Virus record (IMG/VR): IMGVR_UViG_3300047550_002723
Coordinates: 1 to 64,000 of that record
Source of the DNA: a virus
Reading direction: 5' to 3' (one strand)
DNA length: 64,000 nt
Under the pieces are notes generated by a model. It ran no database searches, was not told the origin of the DNA, and saw only the letters and a list, made by a program, of their open reading frames with translations. Shown here piece after piece: positions 49,330 to 59,167 of this stretch (positions are counted from its first letter, which is position 1; the number at the start of each line of letters is the position of its first letter). A program made the position numbers and the translations under genes.

Positions 49330-52300
49330 TTGACGAATCAAGATTTTAGAGTTAAAAACGGTTTACAAGTTGGAGTTGGTGGAACTGTTTTTACTGCCGA
49401 TATAGGTGGTAAAGTAGGCATTAACAGTACATTTCCAACTGCAACATTAGACATTCAAGGAACAGTTAAGTCTTCTGGAACGATTACTGCCCCAACTTTT
49501 GCTGGAACAGCAACAACTGCAAATAATTTATCGAATGCTGCTAATATTACAACTGGGACAATAAGTGCAGATAGACTATCTGGAAATTATAATATTAGTA
49601 TTAGTGGTTCTGTTGCTGGAGATACAATTTCAATTAGTACTGCTTCAGTATCAAATAATCTTAATGTAGGATCTGGTAATACTGGTGTGTTTGCAACTGG
49701 TGGTGGAAACTTGCGTGTTTCTGGAATTACGACTCTTGGAGTTACAAGCACTACTAATCTCACAACACAACAACTAAATGTTTCTGGAATTACGACTCTT
49801 GGAGTTACAAGCACTACTAATCTCACAACACAACAACTAAATGTTTCTGGTGTTTCGACATTTACTGGAGCAGTTACCGGTACAATATCTACTGCAACAA
49901 AATTAGAAAATTCAAGAACATTTGAAATCACCGGTGATGTTGTTGCATCACCAGTCAGTTTTGATGGAACGGGTAACGTATCTTTAGCAGCAACTATCCA
50001 ACCCAATTCAGTCGCTCTTGGATCCGATACAACTGGTGATTATGTTCAGTCAATTAGCGGCACTTCTAACCAAATTACTGTTACTGGTGGAACTGGAGAA
50101 AGTTCAACACCAACTCTAAGTGTTCCAAATCAATTCACTGCCCCTCAAGATGTTACAGTTATAAGAGATCTCCAAGTCAATCGTAACTTAAATGTTAATG
50201 GTAACATCACAATTGGTGGAACTGCAGCAACATTATTTACAACAGAACTTAAAGTAGCAGATCCAGACCTCGTTCTTGGTTTTAGGACTGATGGTAGTGG
50301 TAATGATGTTTCTAATGATACTACTGCAAATCATGGTGGTATTGCTGTTGCATCAACAGAAGGTAATCCACTGGTTCAACTCTTTATTGCTGGCATTGAA
50401 ACTACTCCATCCACATATAAGAAGATTATGTGGTTTAAGGCAGGTGAGTTTGCTGGATTGAATACTGATGCCTGGTTGAGTAATTATGCCGTAGGTATTG
50501 GTTCAACACAATTCCCAACAGGAACTCGTCTTGCTGCTGGTTCAGTTCAATTCACTGAGAATGATTTAGCAGTTGTAAGAAACATTAATGCTTCTGGTAT
50601 TATAACTGGAACTCTTGCAAATACATTAACTCTTAATACATCTGGCACTGGACTATCTGGTTCTGCAACATATAATAACTCTGGTGCTACAACATTTACT
50701 GTTACAAGTAATGCAACTAGCAACAATACATCTAGCACAATTGTTGCTCGTGATGCTTCTGGAAACTTTAGTGCAGGAACGATCACAGCATCTTTAACTG
50801 GTACTGCTTCTACAGCATCCTTTGCCACAACTTCTTATAACTTAACCGACGCTGCAAATATTACTACTGGAACTATTAATAGTGCTAGATTAACTGGTAC
50901 TTATAATATTGATATAAATGGTTTTGCTTCAACTTCTGGAGTATCTACAAGTGTAAGTGGTGGTACTGGATCTCTTACACAACTTAGTGTTTCCGGTGTT
51001 ACAACAACATCAATACTTAATGTAGGAACTGGTGGAACAGTCATCACCACAACTGCTACTGGTTTAGTCGGCATTGGAACCACAAGACCAACATCAACTC
51101 TTGATGTTCGTGGTGAAATTAGCATTGGAAAAGTTAATAACTCAATATATGGGATAAATCCTTCTGCAGTAATTTCTGCTGAAAGTACTACTAATAATAA
51201 TATAATTTATTTTACTGCTGCAGAAGCTTCTGATGGTTCTCCAGCAACTGGTAATCGATTATCGATTGGCATTAATACTACTTCAAACTATAGTGGATCT
51301 GGTGCAGCTCCTGACCTTTTCTTTGTCGGTGAAGATAATATTATTACAGGAAATTCTTCTCCAAAAATAAAAATTGCTAATCCTAATTATCTCAATGATG
51401 ATTTTTATTCATTAGAGGCTGTATATTCTGGAGCAGGTGGAATCAACCCTCCTTATGGGTATATTAGAAACGAACTTTATGATGCAACATATTCTATAGC
51501 ATTAAATGATTCCTTTGCATTTTCTGTTGGAGATAGGGTTTCTATAAGTGGAACTAGAGCATCTAACTTCAATTCTGGAAATGAAGCATTTGTTGTATTA
51601 TTAGATGGGTCAACTTCTTTATTCCATAGTAAATCTAAAAAGTTTGAAACTTCTGGTGTTGGTGTAACTGTTTATGGTAATCTAAATGTGGGAACTGGTG
51701 GAACAGTCATCACCACAACTGCTACTGGTTTAGTCGGTATTGGAACCACAAATCCAATAGGAACACTTGAGGTTGTTGGTAGTGTTGTTGCAGATGGATT
51801 TGATATTAGGAACTTACCTAGAACACAGTTAGTTTCTTATGCTTCTGCTTCTGATATTTCTAACTCAGCATTAAGTATTACCGGAGTTTCAACTTATACA
51901 TTAGTAGGATCTTTTAGCACTACATATGAATACTCATATAGTGGACCTGCAATAAGTGCTGATGGTGGAACCATTATTGTTGGTGATTTCAGTGCCAGTT
52001 CACTCGGTGTTGAAGGTGCTGTCTATGTTTATGATCGTGTAGGTGCAGGAAGTTCAATTGTTCAGGTTGGTATTCTGACTAATGGCATTTCTGTTGGTGG
52101 TGGCACACCAGCTGCATTTGGGAATTCAGTAGCAACAAGTGCTGATGGTAAAACTATTGCTGTCGGTGCTATTGGTGATGAATTATCGGGCACTGGTAAT
52201 TATGGTCTTGTTTATGTTTTTGATCGTGTGGGAGTTGGGTCACTATCCACATTTAATCGGGTTGGTATTTTAACCGGTTCTTTTGCTACTGCTGCTTATG

Positions 52301-53943
52301 AATTTAGTGAAAGGTTGATAGTAAGTGGTGATGGAAAAACTATTATTGTTGGTGCCCCCACTGATGAACGATCTGGTACTACAGGAAATGGTCTTGTATA
52401 TGTCTTTGATCGTATAGGAAACTCATTTAGGCAATCTAATGTTTTAAGTGGTTCTCTTGCAGTTAATATAGGTGATAGATTTGGAGAATCGGTGGCAACA
52501 AGTTATGATGGTAAAACTATCATTGTTGGTGCTCGTGATGATGAGCAAACAGGTTCTGGTAGTGCTTCTGGTGTCGTCTATGTCTTTGATCGTGTAGGTT
52601 TAGGAACATCATTTAATCAAGTTGGCATTCTAACTGGATCTTTTGCTTCTAATGCTAATGATTATTTTGGATCTTCAGTAGCAACAAGTGTCGATGGCAA
52701 AACTATTATTGTTGGTGCTGAATTAGATGAAACTGGTGCTACAACTAGTGTGGGAGTTGTTTATGTTTTTGATCGTGTAGGAAACTCATTCAATCAAGTT
52801 GGTATTTTAACTGGATCTCGTTCTAATTTTGTTGGTCGATTTGGGTATTCGGTAGCAACAAGTGCCGATGGTAAAACTATTGCTTCTTATGCTCCTTCAG
52901 ATAATCTTGTCTATATTCATAAAAGAGAAGGGAATTCATTTACTGAGGTGGGAATTGTAAGTTATACGGGCAATTCCATAGAACAGCAGAAAATATCACT
53001 CACTGCTGATGGGAAAACTCTTATTCTATCTAATGAACAAGGAATTTATGTCTACGATCAAGTTCAAAATACTTATCTTTATTCTGGATCAACTGGTAAT
53101 ATAGGTATAGGAACGTCAAATCCAACATCAAAACTTCATGTTCAAGGTGATGTATTATTTACCGGAATCACAACAACATCAAGATTCAATGTAGGAACTG
53201 GTGGAACAGTCATCACCACAACTGCTTCTGGTTTGGTTGGAATAGGAACCACATCACCATTATCAAAACTTCATGTTCTTGGCAATACTTATCTTGATGG
53301 AACTTTAGATATAACTGGTGATGTCCAATCTGTTGGAAATATAAATGTATCAGACACTAAAACTTTATCATTCATTGGTGGGTCATCGGTTTTCAGCAAT
53401 CCACACATAACAATTGCTGCTTTAAATTCTTCTGCAAATCTTTATGAACTTTATGCTTATGACCAGACTTCTGGAACAGATTATGTTTTTGAAATTATAA
53501 AAATTGCTACAGATCGTCAGTTTATACTTGGTAATAATCGTGAATTTGTCGTTGCAGGTGGATCTCCATCAGGATATCCTGCTGATTCTTCTCAATATGC
53601 TTTTAAAGTTAAAATAGGTGCAGAAACTTCTTTATATCATAATCAATCCGAAAAACTAACTACAACTGGATATGGTGTAACTGTAACAGGTGGATTAAGT
53701 GTTTCTGGAGTTACAACAACATCGACACTTAATGTAGGAACTGGTGGAACAGTCATCACCACAACTACTGCTGGTTTAGTTGGTATTGGAACCACAAATC
53801 CAACATCAAAACTTCATGTAATTGGAGATGCTAGAGTTGGTATTAATACATCTCAAGGTGTAATTCTTACATCTGAAAATGGAACCAAATATCGTTTAAT
53901 TGTAAGTGATGCTGGTGTATTGAGCACTGTTTTGGTCACTTAA
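49330..53943 (+). CDS. Tail fibre/adhesin with FG-GAP-like beta-propeller (1537 aa)
   Basis: TTG start; FGxSVATSxDGKTIIVGA..GxVYVFDR repeats at ~51900-53050. Confidence 0.8.
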   Translation: MTNQDFRVKNGLQVGVGGTVFTADIGGKVGINSTFPTATLDIQGTVKSSGTITAPTFAGTATTANNLSNAANITTGTISADRLSGNYNISISGSVAGDTISISTASVSNNLNVGSGNTGVFATGGGNLRVSGITTLGVTSTTNLTTQQLNVSGITTLGVTSTTNLTTQQLNVSGVSTFTGAVTGTISTATKLENSRTFEITGDVVASPVSFDGTGNVSLAATIQPNSVALGSDTTGDYVQSISGTSNQITVTGGTGESSTPTLSVPNQFTAPQDVTVIRDLQVNRNLNVNGNITIGGTAATLFTTELKVADPDLVLGFRTDGSGNDVSNDTTANHGGIAVASTEGNPLVQLFIAGIETTPSTYKKIMWFKAGEFAGLNTDAWLSNYAVGIGSTQFPTGTRLAAGSVQFTENDLAVVRNINASGIITGTLANTLTLNTSGTGLSGSATYNNSGATTFTVTSNATSNNTSSTIVARDASGNFSAGTITASLTGTASTASFATTSYNLTDAANITTGTINSARLTGTYNIDINGFASTSGVSTSVSGGTGSLTQLSVSGVTTTSILNVGTGGTVITTTATGLVGIGTTRPTSTLDVRGEISIGKVNNSIYGINPSAVISAESTTNNNIIYFTAAEASDGSPATGNRLSIGINTTSNYSGSGAAPDLFFVGEDNIITGNSSPKIKIANPNYLNDDFYSLEAVYSGAGGINPPYGYIRNELYDATYSIALNDSFAFSVGDRVSISGTRASNFNSGNEAFVVLLDGSTSLFHSKSKKFETSGVGVTVYGNLNVGTGGTVITTTATGLVGIGTTNPIGTLEVVGSVVADGFDIRNLPRTQLVSYASASDISNSALSITGVSTYTLVGSFSTTYEYSYSGPAISADGGTIIVGDFSASSLGVEGAVYVYDRVGAGSSIVQVGILTNGISVGGGTPAAFGNSVATSADGKTIAVGAIGDELSGTGNYGLVYVFDRVGVGSLSTFNRVGILTGSFATAAYEFSERLIVSGDGKTIIVGAPTDERSGTTGNGLVYVFDRIGNSFRQSNVLSGSLAVNIGDRFGESVATSYDGKTIIVGARDDEQTGSGSASGVVYVFDRVGLGTSFNQVGILTGSFASNANDYFGSSVATSVDGKTIIVGAELDETGATTSVGVVYVFDRVGNSFNQVGILTGSRSNFVGRFGYSVATSADGKTIASYAPSDNLVYIHKREGNSFTEVGIVSYTGNSIEQQKISLTADGKTLILSNEQGIYVYDQVQNTYLYSGSTGNIGIGTSNPTSKLHVQGDVLFTGITTTSRFNVGTGGTVITTTASGLVGIGTTSPLSKLHVLGNTYLDGTLDITGDVQSVGNINVSDTKTLSFIGGSSVFSNPHITIAALNSSANLYELYAYDQTSGTDYVFEIIKIATDRQFILGNNREFVVAGGSPSGYPADSSQYAFKVKIGAETSLYHNQSEKLTTTGYGVTVTGGLSVSGVTTTSTLNVGTGGTVITTTTAGLVGIGTTNPTSKLHVIGDARVGINTSQGVILTSENGTKYRLIVSDAGVLSTVLVT
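49717..49850 (+). repeat. Perfect 63-nt tandem duplication
   Basis: VSGITTLGVTSTTNLTTQQLN encoded identically twice. Confidence 0.9.
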
Positions 53944-53971
53944 TAAATACTTATAAAGGTAAAAATATAAA

Positions 53972-56900
53972 ATGTCTAATAATAGAGAGTTCTCTCAATT
54001 AGCATCTAATATACAAGTAAATGAAAATTCCAACTTTATTGGAATTGCTACTGAGGGAAATTACTCTGTTGGTATTGCAACAAGTTCGTTTAAAGTTAAT
54101 TCCAGTGGACTTGTTGAAATAAAATCAATACAATGTTCTGATAACATTAGTCTTTCAGTTGGGGGAATATCAACTTTAGGAACTGTTAAGATTTCATCAG
54201 GTATTGTAACTGCAACTTCTGGAGTTGTAACTTATTATGGTGATGGATCTAAATTATCTAATATTATTTCAGGCATTGCAGTTCAAGATCAAGGTAGCAC
54301 AGTAGGAACATCAGTTACTACTCTCAATTTTTCTGGTGCTACGGTATCAGTTTCAAATGCTGTTAATGGTATTTCGACAATAACAGTTACTGCAAGTGGT
54401 ATTATAACTTATGTTGATAATGCTGGTATTGCAACTTATGCAACTAATGCTGGACTATCAACCAATCTTAAAGGCGGTCTTGCTGGTAACATTCCATATC
54501 AGTCTGCACCAGATACAACAACATTCCTAGCAAATGGTTCTTCTGGAACTATTCTCCAATCAAATGGTGTTGGTAACGCACCTTCTTGGGTTACTGCTGC
54601 CCCTGCTGGTGCTATTACTGGACTAACTATTAGAGATGAGGGGACTATAGTTGGTGGTGCTAACAGTGTATCACAATTAAACTTTGTTGGAAATATCGTT
54701 TCTGTTGCTTCGACTGCTGGTATAGCAACTGTTACATTTTTAGATTATGTTGCAAATGCTGGTGTTGCTACTTATGCAACTTCTAGTGGTATAGCAACTT
54801 ATGCATCATCAGCAGGTATATCAACTTATGCAACATCAGCAGGTATATCGACTTATGCTTCAACAGCAGGAGTAGCAACTGCACTGCAAAACTCTAGAAC
54901 ATTTGAAATTACTGGTGATATTGTAGCGTCTCCTATTAGTTTTGATGGAACTGGAAATGTATCATTAGCAGCAACAATTCAACCTAATAGTGTTGCTCTT
55001 GGTACAGATACGACAGGTGATTATGTTCAGTCAATTACTGGAACTGCAAACCAGATTACGGTTACTGGTGGAACTGGAGAAAGTTCAACACCAACTCTAA
55101 GTGTTCCAAACCAATTTACTGCTCCTCAAGATGTAACAGTTACTAGAGATCTTCAAGTTAATCGTAACTTAAATGTTAATGGTAATATTACAATTGGTGG
55201 CACTTCTGCTACCATTTTCTCACAAACATTAAATATTTACGATCCTGATATTGTTCTTGGTTATAGAACTGATGGTAATGGTAATGATATTTCTAATGAT
55301 AATACTGCCAATCACGGTGGTGTTGCAATTGCATCAACAGAAGGAACCCCATTAGTCCAACTCTTCATCGCTGGTATTGAAACAAATCCTGCCACATATA
55401 AGAAAATTATGTGGTTTAAAGCAGGTGAGTTTGCCGGACTTGGAACTGATGCCTGGTTGAGTAATTATGCCGTAGGTATTGGTTCAACACAATTCCCAAC
55501 AGGAACTCGTCTTGCTGCTGGAAATGTTCAATTCACTGAGAATGATCTAGCAGTTGTTAGAAATGTTAATGCTTCTGGTATCACAACAACCAGTAACCTG
55601 AATGTAACTGGTGTAGGAACCTTCTTATCATCAGGACTCAAGATAAGAAACCCAGCAAATACTTTCCAATATGATATTACTGGTGGTGCAATTACTGCTA
55701 ATAGAACTCTCAACCTACCTGTAATTACTATAACTGATACAGTAGCAGTTCTTAATTTATCTCAAACATTTGGAGCACAACAAAATTTTAACGATACAAT
55801 ATCTGCTATAGGGACACTTTCATTAACTGGTTCATCAACAGGAACTCACGTTTTTGGATCTAACCAAACATCAGGAACATTAACATTTGGTGGAACTTCT
55901 GGAACTGGTACAATTACATTAGGAAGAGCAACAACATCACAACAAACTGATATTCAAGCAGGTGCTACTGCTTCTGGAAATATCAAAACAATCAATGTTG
56001 GTACTGGTGGTCTTTCTGGTTCCTTTACTCGACTGAATATTGGACCAACTGCAGGTATTGGAACGGTTTCAATTAATACTGGAACCAATCTTGGTATTGG
56101 TTCAGTAACACCAACTTCAAAACTTGATGTAGTCGGTGATGCCAAGTTTACTGGTGTTGTTACTGCAACAAGTTTTAGTGGTAATGCTTCAAGTGCAACT
56201 TATGCTTCAACAGCAGGAGTAGCAACTGCACTCCAAAACGCAAGAACATTTGAAATTACCGGAGATATTGTAGCGTCTCCTATTAGTTTTGATGGAACTG
56301 GCAATGTTTCATTAGCAGCAACCATTCAACCAAACTCTGTTGCTCTTGGATCTGATACTACTGGAAACTATGTTGCTTCTGTTACTAATGGTTCTTATAT
56401 TACTGGTGCTGATGGAGGAAGTGAGGGTGCATCACTTACTATAGGTGTTGCAGCAACATCAGCAAACACTGCTAGTCAAGTTGTCGCTAGAGATTCGTCA
56501 GGAAACTTTAGTGCTGGTACTATTACAGCATCATTAACTGGTACTGCTACCTCTACAACTAATATACCAAACCTTACTGGTGATATAACTTCTAATGGGA
56601 CTGCAACTTCAATTGCTTCTGGTGTAATTGTTAATGATGATATCAATGCGTCTGCTGGTATTGTTGATACTAAATTAGCAACCATAAGCACTGCTGGTAA
56701 AGTGTCTAATAGTGCTACAACTGCGACTGATGCTAATACAGCATCTGCAATTGTTGCTCGTGATGCTTCTGGAAACTTTAGTGCAGGAACAATTACTGCT
56801 AACTTAACCGGAACAGCATCGACAGCATCCTTTGCCACAACTTCTTATAACTTAACCGATGCTGCAAATATTACTACTGGGACTATTAACAGTGCTAGAT

Positions 56901-58222
56901 TAACTGGTACTTATAATATTGATATAAGTGGTAATGCTTCTAGTGCTACTTATGCAACTACAGCAGGAGTATCTACAAGTGTAAATGGTGGTACTGGATC
57001 TCTTACCCAACTTCAAGTTACTGGTATTTCTACATTCACTAATGGACCAGTATTCATTGGAGCAGCAACTTCAACAGGAACTGCAGCACAACCACTTCAA
57101 GTTACTGGTGGTGCTTATGTCTCTGGTTCGACTGGTATCGGAACCACAAACCCAACAAGTACTCTTACAGTTCAAGGAACGACTAGAATTAGTGGTATCA
57201 CAACTATTCGTGATGTTACAATAGACAAGAGTATCGCATCTCCAAACGCAACTGTACCTGTTGCGATTATCGGTGTCACAACATCTGGTATTTCTACAGA
57301 GACTAATATTGATATTGTTCTATTGGCAAAAGGTACTGGTGCAACACTGGCGCAGGTGCCGGATGGGACAGCGGCAGGAGGAAATAAGCGGGGACAGTAT
57401 GCGACGGATTTGCAGAAAGATCGATCTTCATCATCGAATGTTGCTAGTGGAAATCATTCAGTCATTTGTGGAGGTCAAAAGAATATTGCATCCGCTAGTA
57501 TGTCTTCTGTTCTGGGGGGAGGATATAATAATGCAACTGGTACTTATTCTGTTGTTCTTGGTGGTTGGTTTTCCGATGCTAGTGGAAGTGGTTCTGTAAC
57601 TGCTGGATGGGATAACACTGCTTCAGGAAGTTATAGTGCTTGTTTTGGATATCAAAACATCTCTAGTGGCACTTATTCTGCAGTTGGAGGTGGACAGTAT
57701 AATAATGCAACTGCTGATTATTCCACTATTCCTGGTGGTCGATATGGCACTACACGCAGCATTATTGGTAATATAGTTTTTCCTGCTTGCGATATACCTA
57801 TTGCCTCATCTAATGGTGTTACCCAATCCGCTCTGCTCCTCCTAGCCCGCGAAACCACCGACGCCACCGCAACAGTTCTCACCAGCAACAGCAGTGCAGC
57901 AAGCACCACCAACCAAGTCATCCTGCCGAATAACAGTGCATATTTCTTCAAAGGTTCTTGTATTGCTGGTGTGACTGGTGCTGGTAATACAAAAGCATGG
58001 GAATTCAAAGGGGCAATTAAACGTGGTGCAAATGCTGCATCAACATCTATTGTTGGTTCAGTCATTAAAGATGTGATTGCTTCTGATGCAGGGGCATCAA
58101 CTTGGGATATTACAATTACTGCAGATACCACCAATGGCGGAATTAAAGTTGAGGTAACTGGACAAGCATCCACCACTATAAGATGGGTTTGCAAGATTGA
58201 AACAACCGAAATGACCTACTAA
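53972..58222 (+). CDS. Tail fibre/adhesin protein (1416 aa)
   Basis: Shared fibre module; C-terminal ASGxxSxxxGGxxN beta-roll repeats. Confidence 0.8.
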   Translation: MSNNREFSQLASNIQVNENSNFIGIATEGNYSVGIATSSFKVNSSGLVEIKSIQCSDNISLSVGGISTLGTVKISSGIVTATSGVVTYYGDGSKLSNIISGIAVQDQGSTVGTSVTTLNFSGATVSVSNAVNGISTITVTASGIITYVDNAGIATYATNAGLSTNLKGGLAGNIPYQSAPDTTTFLANGSSGTILQSNGVGNAPSWVTAAPAGAITGLTIRDEGTIVGGANSVSQLNFVGNIVSVASTAGIATVTFLDYVANAGVATYATSSGIATYASSAGISTYATSAGISTYASTAGVATALQNSRTFEITGDIVASPISFDGTGNVSLAATIQPNSVALGTDTTGDYVQSITGTANQITVTGGTGESSTPTLSVPNQFTAPQDVTVTRDLQVNRNLNVNGNITIGGTSATIFSQTLNIYDPDIVLGYRTDGNGNDISNDNTANHGGVAIASTEGTPLVQLFIAGIETNPATYKKIMWFKAGEFAGLGTDAWLSNYAVGIGSTQFPTGTRLAAGNVQFTENDLAVVRNVNASGITTTSNLNVTGVGTFLSSGLKIRNPANTFQYDITGGAITANRTLNLPVITITDTVAVLNLSQTFGAQQNFNDTISAIGTLSLTGSSTGTHVFGSNQTSGTLTFGGTSGTGTITLGRATTSQQTDIQAGATASGNIKTINVGTGGLSGSFTRLNIGPTAGIGTVSINTGTNLGIGSVTPTSKLDVVGDAKFTGVVTATSFSGNASSATYASTAGVATALQNARTFEITGDIVASPISFDGTGNVSLAATIQPNSVALGSDTTGNYVASVTNGSYITGADGGSEGASLTIGVAATSANTASQVVARDSSGNFSAGTITASLTGTATSTTNIPNLTGDITSNGTATSIASGVIVNDDINASAGIVDTKLATISTAGKVSNSATTATDANTASAIVARDASGNFSAGTITANLTGTASTASFATTSYNLTDAANITTGTINSARLTGTYNIDISGNASSATYATTAGVSTSVNGGTGSLTQLQVTGISTFTNGPVFIGAATSTGTAAQPLQVTGGAYVSGSTGIGTTNPTSTLTVQGTTRISGITTIRDVTIDKSIASPNATVPVAIIGVTTSGISTETNIDIVLLAKGTGATLAQVPDGTAAGGNKRGQYATDLQKDRSSSSNVASGNHSVICGGQKNIASASMSSVLGGGYNNATGTYSVVLGGWFSDASGSGSVTAGWDNTASGSYSACFGYQNISSGTYSAVGGGQYNNATADYSTIPGGRYGTTRSIIGNIVFPACDIPIASSNGVTQSALLLLARETTDATATVLTSNSSAASTTNQVILPNNSAYFFKGSCIAGVTGAGNTKAWEFKGAIKRGANAASTSIVGSVIKDVIASDAGASTWDITITADTTNGGIKVEVTGQASTTIRWVCKIETTEMTY

Positions 58223-58238
58223 TTAAAGGAGATTAAAA

Positions 58239-58514
58239 ATGGCATTACAAACATCACTTACAGAAACAAACATTGGTATTCCCCTGAATGATACTTATGC
58301 TCGTATTACCTTGATGAATGGTAATAAGGAAAGGTTTGTTGTTCAGGTTTCTCATTATGCGACTGCTGATGCTAGAAACAATAATGCATCACCAGTTTAT
58401 GATAGAACTTTTATGATTCCTTTTGCAGAATTACAACCTGCATCGGACCCGTTAGCAATGGGATATAACTGGTTAAAAACACAACCAGAATATTCTGATG
58501 CAATTGACTGCTAA
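58239..58514 (+). CDS. Putative tail fibre assembly protein
   Basis: Small protein after fibre; YNWLKTQPEYSDAIDC C-terminus. Confidence 0.55.
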   Translation: MALQTSLTETNIGIPLNDTYARITLMNGNKERFVVQVSHYATADARNNNASPVYDRTFMIPFAELQPASDPLAMGYNWLKTQPEYSDAIDC

Positions 58515-58548
58515 TTCAATAAATATCTAAAACGGAGATACTACTTCA

Positions 58549-59166
58549 ATGGCTGTTAATATTAATCATTATACAGATAACATTGTATCTTCTGGATCTA
58601 CTGTAATTGTTAATAATTTTAGAATTACTTCAATTGGTTCTGGGGCAACAGTTGGTAATGCGGGAATAACGACTTATTATGGTGATGGTTCTCAACTATC
58701 AGGTATTTCTGCTGGTTTATCAATAACAGATGATATTTCAACAAACGCAACCAGATATGTTTTATTTGATGATGCAACTTCAGGAACAATCACTGGAGCA
58801 AATGTATCATCTACAAAACTTACATTTAATCCATCGACAGGAAACTTAGTTGCTGGTGGTACGGTCACAGCAAACTCTGACGAAAAACTGAAGACAAATA
58901 TTAAAACTATAGATAATGCACTGGATAAGGTTTTGTCTTTGAGAGGTGTAGAGTTTGATCGTATAGATACTGGAGATCATCAAATCGGTGTGATTGCACA
59001 AGAGGTTGAAAAAATTGTTCCTGATGTTGTTTATCCAAAACAACCAGCACCTGATTATGAAACTAAATCAGTTGCTTATGCGAATTTAGTAGGTCTCTTA
59101 ATTGAAGCAATCAAAGAACAAAACAAAGAAATACAAGAACTGAAGAGAAGACTGGAGGAAGGTTGA
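58549..59166 (+). CDS. Short fibre protein with Peptidase S74 intramolecular chaperone
   Basis: SDEKLKTNI..ALDKV..LRGV, GVIAQEVE, LLIEAIKE coiled coil. Confidence 0.85.
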   Translation: MAVNINHYTDNIVSSGSTVIVNNFRITSIGSGATVGNAGITTYYGDGSQLSGISAGLSITDDISTNATRYVLFDDATSGTITGANVSSTKLTFNPSTGNLVAGGTVTANSDEKLKTNIKTIDNALDKVLSLRGVEFDRIDTGDHQIGVIAQEVEKIVPDVVYPKQPAPDYETKSVAYANLVGLLIEAIKEQNKEIQELKRRLEEG

Positions 59167-59167
59167 T

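Noticed and set aside
45370-58194. Multiple minus-strand ORFs inside fibre genes
   Set aside because: Shadow frames from repetitive codon usage; no independent signals
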